Origin: Camelus ferus
Lineage: Eukaryota
Direction of reading: 5' to 3'
Length of the DNA: 64,000 nt
NCBI RefSeq assembly: GCF_009834535.1
Contig: NC_045696.1
Span: 56,298,001 to 56,362,000 of the forward strand
Shown here piece after piece: positions 39,501-52,668 of the stretch (positions are counted from its first letter, which is position 1; each line of letters begins with the position of its first letter). The notes under the pieces are model-generated. The model did not search any database. It worked only from the letters and a program-made list of their open reading frames with translations, and was not told the DNA's origin. The position numbers and the translations under genes are program-made.

Positions 39501-40179
39501 TCTGGCTTTGAAATGGTCCTAGATGCTTCATAAACAGTAAAGAAGTGGAGAAGTATTAATCTAATGGATGAAAAAGGCCCAGACCGAGGGGACGGGGTGT
39601 GAGGCTGAGGCGCACAGACAGTGGGTGCCTGGGCTGCTGAACCCCTTCACTGGTGGTGTTTCTTAGGTCCCCATCACACCACCCTCTCACACAGGGACTG
39701 CTGCTACCCAGGTGTCAGTCCAATACAAAAAAGCATAGTTTCCCAAATAGTGCCCACTCAGGTATGTTCTTGACCCCCCAAAAATAAGTAAATAAAAGGA
39801 ATATAATTTTGTTATTGTGAAGAAACTGACTAATTCCTCTGGGCTCCGTGCCTCCTCTGAGGTAGGGCAGCCTCAAGCCTTCCCCTGTGCTTTCTTCAAG
39901 CCCACACCAGTCTGCCTAGTTCTGGGACAGGTGCCAATTCTGGCTCCAGAACAGAAGAAAGAACTGGGGCTGCCAGGTCCCCCTTTGGTGAGACTATGAG
40001 ATTCAGAGGCTCTATTCAGCCCTCCTCCCTATCTTTAGACATTTCTTGATTTTCTAGGTTGGTAGGATGGTTGAGATTTCTAGTTAGAACCCAGAAAAGA
40101 CAGTAAGGGGTCCTGTAAGATCTTAGAAAGAATGTAAAGAAAGAATATGTCATACAGCGGAAGCTAGCGTCCACCACTA

Positions 40180-40490
40180 CTCAGGGCCTTTGCAATGCTG
40201 CTCCCCTCACTTGGAATGCTTTTCCCTGCACTCTTTCCCTGGTTAATTTATAGTTAACCTTTAGTTCTCAGTTCAGGGAGTCTTCTCTGACCACTCTAAA
40301 TTAGGTTCCCCATTACTCTTTTTTGCCACTCTGATTTTTCCCTTCATAACATCACCATTTATATGTTTACTTGATCAATTTCTATTTCCTCCGCTACACT
40401 GTGAGCTCCATGAAGGTGAGGACGATATCTGTTTTGTTCACCAGCACTTAGCACAATGCCTGGCAGACATCCGTCGCATGAATGCATGAA
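40180..40490 (+). mobile_element. L2 LINE 3' end
   Basis: ctcagggcctttgca...tgagctccatgaagg...cttagcacaatgcctggca...tgaatgcatgaa. Confidence 0.8.
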
Positions 40491-40680
40491 GTGGGTGAGG
40501 GTCAGCAGTGGGAAGGGCATTGGGGGAGCACTGAGGCTCTGCTCGCTGCTAAGGGAAACAGGAATGGCTAGGAAGTGGGGAAATGGGCGGAGAAAGAATG
40601 TTAGCGATGAGACATCTGGGGCCCACCAAAGCGCGGCTGGAGTTCTTTACAGAGAACCCACCAGGCAGGGTCTAGCTTAC

Positions 40681-40839
40681 TTCTGTGAGGAGTCTCTCCA
40701 TGGAATTTTTCTCTCCTCTAACATGGCAATTCTGTTCCTCACCATACTGGCTATGCAAGCTTTTGCTGGGAGTGCTGAAATACTTGGCCATGCGTCTGAT
40801 TGTTTGGTTTTCCTCTTCAAATACCTTCCATTGCTTCAG
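40681..40839 (-). CDS. GPR156: GPR156 coding exon (proximal C-tail): LKQWKVFEEENQTIRRMAKYFSTPSKSLHSQYGEEQNCHVRGEKNSMERLLTE
   Basis: Manual translation matches the recalled GPR156 sequence. Acceptor tctaacAG, donor GAA|GTAAGC; 159 bp, phase 0-0. Confidence 0.95.
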
Positions 40840-42616
40840 CTGTTAGATAAAAGAACACATGTTATTTATTTAATTACACACCCAGAAACACATTCTCTCC
40901 ATTTCCCAAAAACACCAAGGAATGACAGTGTCACAGATACACACAGGCACAAACTATTCTCCCCTTAAAATCTACTTTACTCTGGATGGTTCACAGATAG
41001 CAATGACAGAAGGTTTAGAGAATGTTAAAATTGAATCATTTAAAAAGTGCCAAAGGAAGATGTCAGGTTGATGACGTAGAAAAATCTCAGCTTGACCCAT
41101 CTACCTACCCACTGCCCGACTGGCCAAAGAAAAGCAGAGTTGAGGTGTACTTCGAGGGCCGCATTCTCAAGCCAGAGTTTAGGAGCAATACCGGGGTTAA
41201 GCAATCTAAACACTGTATGTTTCAAATGAAGCTGGTTTTTGTTGTGTGCAGCTGTTCTTAATTAGTCTCACTTGTTGAGTAATGGTATGCTTACTGCTAT
41301 TGAAAACCCAGCTCCTCGCTGGAAGACTTCTAACCCAAATCAATAGTCAAGGCTCAGACAAAAAGAAAACCACAAATGTCAATAAAAATCAAGAAAAGAT
41401 GATAGAACGATAGGCCGGCGACCTGACCGTCTTCTTCCCTGACAAACGAGCAGAGACTCAGAAGGAGGAGGACCCCAGTTAGAGCAGGGCCTCCGCTGTA
41501 GCCCGCGCACTGCGCTGCACGGCCCACCCTCAGCACAGCCGGTGAACACAGAGACTGTCAACGGGGAGGGGCCTAGGGAACGTTTTTCAGGGGAAACTGG
41601 TTTTGAGAAACAGTCCATGGATACCAGGGACGGGACTGAACATGGAACATTCACAAACAAGGGCACGCACCTGAGCCTCTGGGACACTGTCTCTTCCTAG
41701 CAAATGCCAGTGACACAAATGCCAGGGGAACCGAAAGGGCTTGAGGTGTCTCCTTTTCTCCTTAGGGATTCCCATAATTAAGAGCCCTAGTGATGGACGC
41801 TGGGCACTCTGGCCCCTTAGCTCTAGAAATGCTGCTAAGGTGTCTGTGGGGAGTCTCAAGGGATCCTGGGATGTCTTTGCTCGCTTGTCAAATACTTACT
41901 AAGCTCTGACTATGGAATACAACCCAAATTTGGTAAATCCCAGATAGGATTATAAATCCCACCATCAATTTCAATGCCACATCCTGCTCAAGTCCTCTTT
42001 GGTCTGCGGTTGACTCAGCATGAGTCCACGGTACCGGAGTCAGAGTAACCTGTGCTGGGTCAGGCCAGGAACCTCCCTTCTCAGATACCCTTCTTGAAGG
42101 CCCCTCCCTAGGGTGCCATCATCTCACTGTCCTCCTCAGGAGTTGCTGGAGCGCAGGAGTTGCAGGGGTAGGGGTGGGTGGATGAAGCAGCCCCCAGCGT
42201 CGCTCTCCTAGCACGGCCCCTAGCAGTGCTGCCGTAGCTCTGCGCCCCCTCAGGGCCCCTTAGCAGCACAGCTCTTCCCTTCTCTCCCCACAGCACCCTG
42301 AGTCCAAGCCCTCCCTGCAGGGCTGCTGGAGGGACTGCTCAACACTAGTGCAAGCGCACTTCCAAGGCTTTTGGTCTGTCTCACCCGAAGCAGGCTGCAT
42401 GCAGCCAGGGTGCCCCTCGAATAAAGCCCCTGCCTTCAACCCCCTCCCCCTTAATTCCCTTGTGAAGGTCCTGGTCCTGGTCTTGTACTTGACCCTTTAG
42501 GATTTCTAGAATATGGCTATAAATCACCCTTAGCTAACAATTTCAGGAGCTCGTCAACGCCCTTTCTTCAGAAGGACCAGCGTAGCATTATTTTCTCAGC
42601 ATCTGGGCTATGTGGG

Positions 42617-43106
42617 TGCAGGAGGCAGAGAACGGCCCCCAAAAGATGTTTCCCTCCTGATCCCTGTAACTTTGTGAATATGTTACCGTCCATGGCAAAA
42701 GGGATTTTGCAAATGTTACTGAGTTTAAAATTTTGAGACGGGGAGATTGTTCCAGATCATCCAGGCGGGCCCAATGTAATCAATCACAAGAGTCCTTATA
42801 AGAGGGAGGCGGGAGAGATGTGACAATAGAAAGAGAGATTACGAGATGCTGCACTGTTGGCTCTGAAGAGGGAGGGAGGACCTGCGAGTCAAAGAATGCA
42901 GGCGGCAGGTGGACACTAGGAAAGGCAGGGAAACAGATTCTCCCCACAAGGCTCCAGCAGGAACGCAGACCTACTAACACCTTGATTTCAGCCAAACAAG
43001 GCCCACGTTAGATTTCTGAGCTCCAGAACTTAAGCTAGCAATCTGTATCGGTTTAAGGCCCTCAACACGTGGTAGTTTGTTACAGCAGCACTAGGAAACC
43101 AGCACA
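42617..43106 (+). mobile_element. Complete MLT1 (MLT1D-like) solo LTR, TG...CA, with a perfect 5-bp TSD
   Basis: ggcccccaaaagatg...catggcaaaagggattttgca...ggtagtttgttacagcagca. TSD GTGGG at 42612-42616 and 43107-43111. Confidence 0.9.
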
Positions 43107-43605
43107 GTGGGACTAAGCCTCAGCTCCAGAGCAGGATGCTCCCGGGCCTTCAGAAGTTCACCCCTCGTGCCTCTCTCACCTGCTACTCCCCTTGTTTTGA
43201 TTTGTGCTTTGAGAAGAGCACAGACTCCGGGTGTTCCAAACACCTCCTCTTCTCTCTCATACCTCTCCGCCTCTGGTCAGGGAGACCCCTCGTCTGAAAT
43301 GCCACCCACTGCTCCCCCCTAGTCTGCTCAGTGAGCTCTTAATCCTACTTCAAGATGGGCCCAAACACCCCATTTTCTGAGACTGTGTCACTGAGTCCCC
43401 ACACAGGCTGGGACACCCCTTCCTCATCATAGCGTGACATGACTTCCTCAAACACTTTATAATATGTATTATAAATCCTTTCACATCCGCTCCCAAGTAG
43501 ACTGAGAATGGGGCTGTGTGTTTAACTGCATGTTCCCAGCAGTTAGTAAATGGATTGACAGATATACAAATGAAGGAAGCTTTTCTTTAAAAAGTTCATC
43601 TGGGG

Positions 43606-43632
43606 GTGCTCAATTCAGCAGCACATATACTA
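43606..43632 (+). pseudogene. 3'-truncated (tailless) U6 snRNA retropseudogene, nt 1-27
   Basis: gtgctcaattcagcagcacatatacta versus U6 GTGCTCGCTTCGGCAGCACATATACTA is 24/27, with two differences being CpG-to-CpA. Flanked by the direct repeat aaag(t/c)tcatctgg. Confidence 0.85.
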
Positions 43633-43646
43633 GAAAGCTCATCTGG

Positions 43647-43776
43647 TGGCAGAGGGTGGATATAGCTCAGTGGTAGAGTGTGTGCTTAGCATGCATGAGG
43701 TCCTGGGTTCAATCCCCAATACTTCTATTTAAAAAAATTAAGACTGCCTTTGGGGCTTCAAAAAAAAAAAAAAGAA
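43647..43776 (+). mobile_element. tRNA-Ala-derived SINE (vic-1-like) with poly-A
   Basis: tatagctcagtggtagagtgtgtgcttagcatgcatgaggtcctgggttcaatcccc (AGC anticodon remnant). TSD aaagctcat(c/t)tg at 43634-43645 and 43777-43788. Confidence 0.9.
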
Positions 43777-45319
43777 AAAGCTCATTTGTCTAGTAGGGTT
43801 GCTGTGACATTTACAGAGAGCTAAAAGGAAGAGCAGAAAGTCACAGGCACCTTCACAGAGGAGTAGATGAACACTTGGTGGGTTTAGATGAGAAAATAAC
43901 GTCTGACTTCAGGACCCCACCTGCCTCCCAAAGGCAGAGGCAGAGGAGGAGAATGTGTGGGAGGATAAGTCACATTCAAACCACAAAAGCAGGGGTTGGC
44001 TCATTGCTGGTGATGACCTCAGTGTTTGGCATAAACACTTAGGCATTTCCTGAGGGCCTCTGAGAATGCTACTTGGTCTGCTTGCTTTTTCAGTAACGTC
44101 ATCCAATTCACCCAGCTTTCTAGCACTGCCTGGCTACCCTTGAGATATCTGTGCCTTTGCTTTCATAAATTTCTCCCATCAGAGTCCAGTCTGAAGGCTC
44201 AGTAGCAAGAAGGAAGCCCACCTTCCTGTCCCTTTCCCTCCCCATGTGGCTCTCCTCACACACTTTTCCAAATATGCTCAGCCATTCCACTGTCCTAGGA
44301 ATACCCAGTCTCAGGTCTCACTGGGAGCATCCTTCTTTAACCAAAGGCCACCCAGCCAGAGGAGAAAATCAATTCAGGGGCACACAAACCCCAACAAACC
44401 TGTTACTTTTATACTTTGAAAAAGATTTAGCTCCTAAACCTAAAATACAATAGCCTATAAAATATATTTTTTAGTTTCAGATCATGGTCAGTTCAAGAGG
44501 AGGAAAAGCATGAGAGAGAAAATAGAAAAGACAGAATATGAGAAAGTACACTCAAGACAGACAGGAGGGCTGAGGGAGAGAGAAGGAAAGAGAAAGGCCA
44601 ACTCTGTCCCTCTGCCCAGTTCCTGTACCATCCCCCATTTAATTCCATTTCCACTCCGCTTCAACAAACCAAGTGCTTGTTGTGTAGTTCAAACCTGCAA
44701 GTCAGATTCCAGGCTGAACTTCATCCTGCAATTTTATGTCTGTGTATAGATGGGAGTGTACCTAGATGTCACTTCTGTCCTAGAGGCTGAGGATTTAAAC
44801 ACCGAGAAGAGTGGAAATCTGAGGCTTAGGATGCAAGAGGGACAGAGGCCAGTGTGGAGAGAAGAGACCCAAGTAGGGCTGCATCATGCAAGTTTACTAA
44901 TTCACTCCATTTTCAGATGGAGGTCTTGTTTTAGATCAGAAAGGCTTTCTTCTAATAGATCCTTGGTGATTAATTCTGCCCCAAATTATCTTGTCCTCTT
45001 TCAGAGACTCCTACTAGCTCTAAATTGTATCCTTAGATCTGTTCTCCATATTTCTTATTTAGTCTCTCATTTTTTATTTGTTTCCTTGTTTTCTATTTCC
45101 TTAGATTAATCCACTAATTCAGTATTTTGCCATGTCCAACTGCCTATTCATTGCTTCTGCTGGGATTTTAAAGTTAACATAATATTTTTCATTCTTATTC
45201 AATATTTCATGATTTAAGATTATGTCCTTTTCATGATGGTTTGCTTCAGTTGAAGAGAGGCAGTATCCTTTGAATTTTATTGACAAGACTAAAAAGGTAT
45301 CTTGTGAAAACTTATTCTA

Positions 45320-47410
45320 AAATAAAAGGGATCCAGACTGGAAGAGAAGAGGTAAAATTGTCACTATATGTGGATGACATGATATTTTATATAGAAAACC
45401 CTAAAAGCTCCACACAAAAACTACTAGAGCTGATAAAAGAATTCAGCAAGGCAGCAGGATACAAGATTAACATACAGAAATCAGTTGCATTTCTTTACAC
45501 TAACAACGAAATAGCAGGAAAAGAAAGTAAAGAAACAATCCCATTTAAAATCGCATCCAAAACAATAAAATATTTAGGAATAAATTTGACCAAGGAGGTG
45601 AAAGACTTATATGTGGAGAACTACAAAACACTGATTAAAGAAATTAAAGATGACTTTAAGAAATGGAATGATATCCCATGCTCTTGAATTGGAAGAATCA
45701 ATATTGTAAAAATGGCCATACTGCTCATGGCAATCTACAGATTTAATGCAATCCCTATCAAATTACCCAGGACATTTTTCACAGAACTAGAACAAATAAT
45801 CCTAAAATTTAAATGGAGTCACAGAAGATCCAGAATTGCCAAAGCAATACTGAGGAAAAAGAACGAAGCTGGAGGAATAACCCTCCCAGACTTCAGACAA
45901 TACTACAGAGCTACAGTAATGAAAACAGTATGGTACTGGCATAAAAAACAGACATACGGATCAATGGAACAGAACAGAGAGCCCAGAAGTAAATCCACAG
46001 ACCTACGGTCAATTAATCTTCAACAAAGGAGGAAAGAATATGCAATGGAAAAAAGACAGTCTATTCAGCAAGTAGTGTTAGGAAAACTGGACAGCAGCAT
46101 GTAAATCAATGAAGTTAGAACACTCCCTCATACCATACACAAAATAAACTCAAAATGGCTTAAAGACTTAAATATAAGACAAGACACAATAAACCTCCTA
46201 GAAGAAAACATAGGCAAAACATTCTCTAACATAAATCTTAGCAGTCTACCCAGGCAATAGAAATAAAAGCAAACATTAACAAATGGGACCTATTAAACTT
46301 ACAAGGTTTTGCACAGCAAAGGAAACCATAAGCAAAACAAAATGACAACCTATGGAATGGGAGAAAATATTTGTAAGTGATGTGACTGACAAAGGTTTAA
46401 TTTCCAGAATATATAAACAGCTCATACAACTTAATAAGAAAAAAACAAACCACCCAATCCAGAAATGGGCAGAAGATCTAAAAAAGCAATTCTCCAGTGA
46501 AGACATACAAATGGCCAATAGGCACATGAAAAAATGCTCAATATCATTAATTATCAGAGAAATGCAAATCAAAACTACAATGAGGTATCACCTCACACCA
46601 GGCAGAATGGCCTTCATTCAAAAGTCCACAAACAATAAACGCTGGAGAAGGTGTGGAGAAAAGGAAAACCCTACCACACTGTTGGTGGGAACGTAGTTTG
46701 GTGCAGCCATTGTGGAAATCAGTATGGAGATTCCTCAAAAAACTAAAAATAGACTTACTATATGATCCAGCAATCCCATTCCTGAGTATATATCCTGAGG
46801 GAACTCTTAATTCAAAAAGATACATGCACCCCAATATTCATAGCCACACTATATACACTAGCCAAGACATGGAAACAACCTAAATGTCCATTAATCGATG
46901 ACTGGATAAAGAAGATATGGTATATTTATACAATGGAATACTACTCAGCAATAAAAAAGAATAAAATAAGGGCATTTGCAGCAACATGGATGGACCTGGC
47001 GATCGTCATTCTAAGTGAAGTAAGCCAGAAAGAGAAAGAAAAATACCATATGATATCACTCATATGTGGAATCTAAAAAAAAAAAAAGAAAAGAAAAGAA
47101 AAAAGAGGACACTATGAACTCATCTACAAAACAGACATAGTAAATAATTTTATGGTTACTGGGGGAAAGGGAGTGGGAAGGGATACATTTGGGAATTTGA
47201 GATTTGCAAAGGTTAACCACTATGTATAAAAACAGATAAAAGAACAAACTTCTACTGTATAGCACAAGGAACTACATTCAGTATCTTGTAATAACCTTTA
47301 ATGAAAAAGAATATGAAAACGAATATATGTATACATATGCATGACTGGGACATTATGCTGTACACCAGAAATTGACACATTTTAACTGATTATGCTTCAG
47401 TTAAAAAAAT
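45320..47410 (+). mobile_element. 5'-truncated L1 (about 2.1 kb: RT C-terminal half, Cys domain, 3' UTR), antisense in a GPR156 intron
   Basis: ORFs 45280..45687 ([11 protein letters not shown], the RT YxDD region; KYLGINLTK), 45712..46104 and 46352..46696; contains stops and frameshifts. Confidence 0.96.
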
Positions 47411-49114
47411 CTATTTTACTTCAGAGGAAGACAGCTTCTCTAAATCAGAAATTTGTGGTCCTCTTCTTGTGAACTACAGAATCTCTTCTTAGGTCCTTTC
47501 CTTCTGAATGTATAGTCTTACATGGGAAGAGCTATAGTTTCCTGCTGTAGTAAATACATTTTCTTGGCTTTTCCCTCATCACCACAAGATGATTGCCATA
47601 GCCCCAGGTGTCACAAACATTCAGGGTAAGTAGAAGGTAGAAGAGATGATGCCAACCACACCTATAGCTTTTTTAGGAAAGCAAAAGCTTTCTCAGAAGC
47701 CTCTCAGGAAACCTTTAGTGTTCAAAGTTGTCACCCCTGGCAGAGCAAGTGTTTAGCTCTTTCAGCCTACATAGTGGAGGTGAACAAGGAAGAAAGGGTT
47801 TGGCAATGGGGGGATGGGTTATCAATCAATAATGTTGACCCCAGGGCCTAAGGGGTGGGCTTCCCAAAAGTCTCCTCTCCACTCTCTTTTCCCTACCTCC
47901 CAGGGAGGAACAGCCCTGGCTTTTCATAGCCCTTTCCGGCTACATCCCAGACAAGTAAGACGCAGCTCTCACTGGCTTCCTTCAGTCCAGTTCTGATAAT
48001 ACTAAGATTCAACAAAAAGTTCTCTCATTTTTGGCACAGAGGCAATATCCATCCTTGATTTTTAGAGCTGCTTCTACAGCTTTTTTCATATTTGTTCATT
48101 CTCTTGAGTATTTTGATGAGAATGTATGAAAGGGAAGGAGAGTAAAGGGCCTACGCCTGAGTCACACTGTTGTGCCCCAAAGTGCTCTCTTCCCTTTTAT
48201 AAACACACTGTCACCCTCCATCAGCCAGAACTTTAATTACGGGTTAGCTCCCTCATGGAGAAGTCATTCTTAGCCAACTGGAAGATGCAGTGGGAGTCAG
48301 GATGCGGTCTTGAGGGAGTCGTGGGATGACGGGAGGCCTCATGGGGGAAGAAAAAAAGAGCTAGCAGGAACCTAGGAAAAGTGCCTAATGCCAAGTTCAC
48401 TGACTTGAATGTGTGTGGTTCAGTGGTACCTGGGGCATACGTGAATAATTTAACCTCACTTTCCTTTCAGAGCCGGTGGATTCCTTCACCTTTTCCTCTG
48501 ACTCCCTTTCTTTCTCTTGGCTGTCTGGAAATTTCTCCTTCTGTCTTCCTCCCATTTGCTTTTTCCTTAATCCTCATAATAAGAAACACATTTTTAATTT
48601 AGTTTTTATTTTTCCTTATTATGAAAAGAAAAGGAATGTTCTACATTTTTCTCTAATAAAAAGGTAAAAAAGCATGTTAAATTGCATAAAGGTCAAAACG
48701 CCTTTTCCCCTGTGAACATGCAGCCGCAAACAGGAAAGAAGGAAAGATTCCTCACTCCCGGGCTAGGAAAAGAAATGACATTTTCAGGGTGAAGGGGGGC
48801 TGAGGATGTGTGAAGCGGACTGGAAGGTGGGTGGGAAAGCAGTTTCTGTGAGAAGCCGCCAGGGCAGAAGTGGGGACACTGCTCCGTGGCTCTGACCTGC
48901 CCTCCTTTCTGACAGGGAGCAGAGTTACTCCTTCAGGACATCGAGAAGGGAAGAACAGAGGGGATCAGCCCGATGGGAACCGCACTTTCCTCTGACTCAC
49001 CAATCAGCGGTGCCCAAATGTCTCAGCAGGAAACGACGTGAACAATTTATCATTCTAGCCAAGTCTCTGCCATGGTGGGGAGGACTGGTCCTCCAAATTC
49101 CCCCTTGAACATAC

Positions 49115-49351
49115 CTGGGGAATGAAGATGAAGCAGTTGATTGCGGTCGTGCAAACAAAGATACCCCCAGATGTGAGTCCAAAGACCAGGTTGGGCCAGG
49201 AGTGCAAGTATCTGGTGACCACAAAAAGCAGCCCAGCAGCCAGCACCACGAGGTTGACCCCAACCATGATGGTTAAAGACTGATTCACAGGAGGAGAGCT
49301 GACGTGGTCAGTCAGGCCAGCCAGGTAGGCCCCATAGAGCAGCAGCAGGCC
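49115..49351 (-). CDS. GPR156: GPR156 coding exon (TM5-TM7): GLLLLYGAYLAGLTDHVSSPPVNQSLTIMVGVNLVVLAAGLLFVVTRYLHSWPNLVFGLTSGGIFVCTTAINCFIFIPQ
   Basis: Overlaps ORF 49055..49288 and ends in the class C TM7 F-x-P motif. Acceptor tctgcAG, donor CAG|GTATGT; 237 bp, phase 0-0. Confidence 0.97.
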
Positions 49352-51419
49352 CTGCAGACGGAGAGAGAACCAGAGGCTCAGAGAAGTGAAATATGAGGCT
49401 CGGGGTCAAAGAGCAGTCAGGTTGGGACCAATTTCCTCATCTGTAAAATAGGGATTCACCTACCTTGAAGGGTTGCTATGAGGATTTACTAAGATAGCAT
49501 GTGGGAAGACCCTTAGGGTGGTCCCCTTACACCTCGTGTGTGCTTAGTACATTTTATTTTCCTCTCTTTCTCTGAGAACTAGTTTATCGGAAGTCAGCAC
49601 ATCAACCATCAGACAGGACTCTGCCGGGATGCAGCACAGGACAGGATGGTACAGGTGCGTAGGAGCCCTAGAGGACAGGCTGCTGGGCACTAGGAGGGCA
49701 GCGGGCCAACTGTGCTGCTGGTGGTGAGGGCCTTCCCCTCCACTGTGTGGTTTTGCACTGCATCAAGCTGAGGGGCATGCGGGAGCTGAAATAGCCCCAT
49801 GGCCTGCTTGTCAAGCCATGCGCCGTGGCAGGGGCAGCGCCCGGAGGAAGGGGTTCTTTTCTCTAATTTTTCCCAAAGGCACCATCTGCTTGCCAAGCCC
49901 TGCACCTGTGAGACTGCATCTGCCCAGAAGGGATGCCTTTTTCTAATTTACACAAAGGATCTCTATAGGCTAGCAGTGGCTCTGTGCCAGTGGGTATTTA
50001 TGGGAGAAGAAGAGCAGAAAAAAAAAGAGAACAAAGGCAGGCCGGGCCCTAGCCAGGACTGTGGGACAGGCACAGGGAGCAAAGGCCCCAACTATACCCT
50101 TCACCGTCTCTGTGTCATTCCTTGCCCCACCCCCCGGAACCCAGGGCCCTGTTCTTTCCTCTTTGTCATGAATGTAAACCTGCTTTCAGATTTCTCATTT
50201 GTACTTTGGAGAAAATGACTCACAGCGTCTTAAAGTGCTGCCTCTCCTAGAGGGAGCTGCATATGAACAGAAATCAAAACTTTAGTCAATAATACACAAA
50301 ATATAGATTCAATATATGTCCACTTGATTAGGTGCAAAGTACCGTGCTTGGGTAGGTGTAGGGCAACGGTGCTGCCAAGTAGAAGTCAGGGCTCTAGCTT
50401 TTAAGAAGCTCAGTCTGGTTGGGAGATTTAAGGCAAGCACACCAATATCCATGTTTATGACCCAGAATGTGAAGATGCCATGGGGATGAGGTGGAGTGGG
50501 ACTACGGGGATTCAGAGGGAGAATCAATAATAAAAGTAAGGTCAGGTATCAGGAGGGCACCTGCCAATGACCCTGAAATCACACCATCTGACCAACTCCA
50601 TCTGCAGAGATGGCCCTAAGGACACTTTTTTGGAGGACTGGCTGTGCCTACAGTGAAGGAGTTGGCAGCAGGCAGCACAGCAGGGATGCTGTCTGGGTGG
50701 CCCTGATGCTCAGTGTCCCAAATGGGGCCTGAGGGCCAAAAGTGGCCACTGTGATATCTTCAATGACTAGAAAATACACAAATCAGGAGGCCAGTGGGGC
50801 TGACTTTTGGAAAACTGACGTCCTTAGGTGGCATTCAGCAGAGTCAGTACATTAGTGATTTAATTAAAGGTGAATAAAATTAATTCTATGACTTTGAAAT
50901 GTTCAAATCTGATTCTGCTGAAATGTTTTAACTCCATGAAAATTCTTTCCAAAAGGGAACTAGGTATGAATAAAGCCTGTGTACATGTATGGCTTGTGTT
51001 TGAGTGAGTCACATCCGATACTTGTGGGTCACACGCCCTAAATGTTGAGCATTGTCGGGAGGGGTGGGGGCAGGCTGAGGGGGGCAGTCCTGGGACTTCA
51101 TGTGCAGATGTGGGGTCCTCCTCAGGAACTGCTCGTCAAATAGGGAGCCCGGGGGATCGGGCTCAGTCAGTTTCCTGACACTCAGCACTCTTTCCCCCTT
51201 TTCTTTCTTTGTCCTACAGAAAGATATTGCAGTGAAATAAAATGGAAATGGGATTATATAAAAGGCAATGGAGAAAATAAATCACGTTGAGTCGCAGAGT
51301 GAGTTGCTACGGGGGACGTGCTGAGTTCCTGTGCCAGGGAGGACGTCCTCTTCTACAGGGACTGGAAGAGCGGGCGAGGCACTGGGCTTTCAGGACCGGG
51401 CAGTGGAAGATTAATTATA

Positions 51420-51650
51420 ACAAAATAATATCTAACAGTTAGTAAGCTCTTACTATGTTGAAAACTCAACACACATTAACTCTTCAAAACTCAGAACCAT
51501 TCTGAGATGGTGTTATCATTATCCTTATTTTACATATGAGGGAACTGAGGCTCAGAGAGGTTACGTGAGGTTCACTCAGCTAGGAAGGGGCTGAGTCAGA
51601 ATTCAAACCCTGTTCTGTCATATTGTGAAGCTCATCTTCTTAACCACTAA
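51420..51650 (-). mobile_element. MIR SINE
   Basis: ttttacatatgagggaactgaggctcagagaggtta...gattcaaaccc. Confidence 0.8.
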
Positions 51651-52668
51651 TAAGAAACTAGAAATCAAAAGCTGTTCACTTCCTACCATTTTCTCTTAAA
51701 AATACTTCAATCAAAGTAGCACATGCACATAGTTAACAAGCAACGTTTCCCTGGCCTAGCTCTGTGCATCCTCAGGCCTGTTTCTTAGAAGCAACCGCCT
51801 GAACACTTTCTGAGTAGTGAAGTGAGTAAAAATTTACCTTTATAGGCCACTTATTTCTACAAAAACTCCTTCTCCTCTGCCAGCAATCAACCAGGCCTCT
51901 CTGTCCTGATAGTCAACAGGCAGCCTCCCACCATGCAGGGCTTGTCCTGGTCACTGAAATCGGCCTGCCCCATGCCCCCCAGAGCCAGATTCTCTGTCCC
52001 TCCAAGCTGAAAACCAGCTAACAGGAGAGCTGGTTCTGAGGACCTCCCTTCGTGCCCTGTAGATTTATCTGTGCCCTCTGGAAATATCCTCCTTTGCCAT
52101 CTAACAGAGACAAATGAGTCTAATGACAGGAGAGTCAGGGCAAATGGGAGACACAGTGAGGTAGCTGGAACCACTCAAAGGACCCTATGGATGTTGCCAT
52201 CTATCTCTGGGCCAGCCATGCTTCCAACCAGAGCGAGAAAGTTAGATGGCCAGAAGGCAGCAGGATACCTTGACCTAAATCTAGAAGAAAAACAGAAGAG
52301 AGGTAATATGGGCACTTAAGAGAACAAAATGTTTCCTCATAATTCCCCTTGTAGGTAGCTGGGGAGAAAACTGGTATTGCCAAATCAGTGAAAAAAATCA
52401 GACCAATAGATGGGAGAAATAGTGGGTAAATTCCACATGATTTGGAGGAGGACTGAATCAGGGAATCCAAAGAGTTGATAAAGTGACCCCTCCAAACAAA
52501 TAAAAAGTAGAGACATAATAATGGTCATGGCTTTGAGATTTATGTGTCAACAGAGGTCTCCTCTGATTGCAATATTCTTCGCAGAAATCACCTCGTTAAT
52601 TCCCAAAATTCTTCTTCATATCCACTTTGTTGGTGACAGTAGTATCCTAAAGAGATATGGTTACCAAC

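Noticed and set aside
40456..40968. 170-aa plus-strand ORF
   Set aside because: It is antisense to a GPR156 exon and starts in an L2 remnant; no recognisable protein features.
42241..42256. Additional CTCF-like motifs (here, about 19949-19963 and about 50244-50260)
   Set aside because: Multiple mismatches in the 5' half of the core; expected by chance in GC-rich DNA.
43655..43725. Functional tRNA-Ala gene (also 54822-54893 and 27245-27320)
   Set aside because: Degenerate acceptor and anticodon stems, A-rich tails and TSDs identify these as SINE copies.
45280..46883. Reverse-transcriptase-like ORFs as a novel or domesticated RT system
   Set aside because: Ordinary 5'-truncated L1 ORF2 broken by stops and frameshifts.
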